A DNA stretch of 32,461 nucleotides from Octopus bimaculoides. Its lineage: Eukaryota. The stretch is from the NCBI RefSeq assembly GCF_001194135.2, contig NC_068993.1, forward strand, positions 39,345,576 to 39,378,036, written 5' to 3'. Positions 32,420 through 32,461 of this stretch are shown here, piece by piece. Each line of letters starts with the position of its first letter. Position 1 is the stretch's first letter. The translations under genes and the position numbers were made by a program. The notes below the pieces were generated by a model. It saw nothing but the letters and a program-made list of their open reading frames with translations. It did no database searches and was not told the DNA's origin.

Positions 32420-32461
<42 letters not shown>

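Overview
AT-rich, microsatellite-dense animal genomic DNA with 7 assembly gaps. The SINE families look like those of octopus (inference from recognised motifs, not a database result). I found no host protein-coding gene I can identify, and most listed ORFs are translations of simple repeats. The window is a transposon graveyard. It holds a decayed Tc1/mariner transposase element, a Penelope-like element (RT thumb plus C-terminal GIY-YIG), two R4/Dong-type RLE endonuclease fragments, a LINE RT C-terminal remnant, an LTR end with a tRNA-Trp primer-binding site, piggyBac- and hAT-type MITEs, Helitron-like inserts and about 25 SINE copies or fragments, several in head-to-tail arrays. The most interesting signal is four sequence-unrelated type I hammerhead ribozyme motifs at about 4.9, 6.5, 23.4 and 31.6 kb, each with a palindromic or near-palindromic stem III. 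Three of them lie in units bounded by short direct repeats. One sits in a 351-nt, almost completely hairpin-folding monomer that resembles a retrozyme (circular-RNA retroelement) and abuts the Penelope-like element. All structures were read by eye; none was folded or searched computationally.
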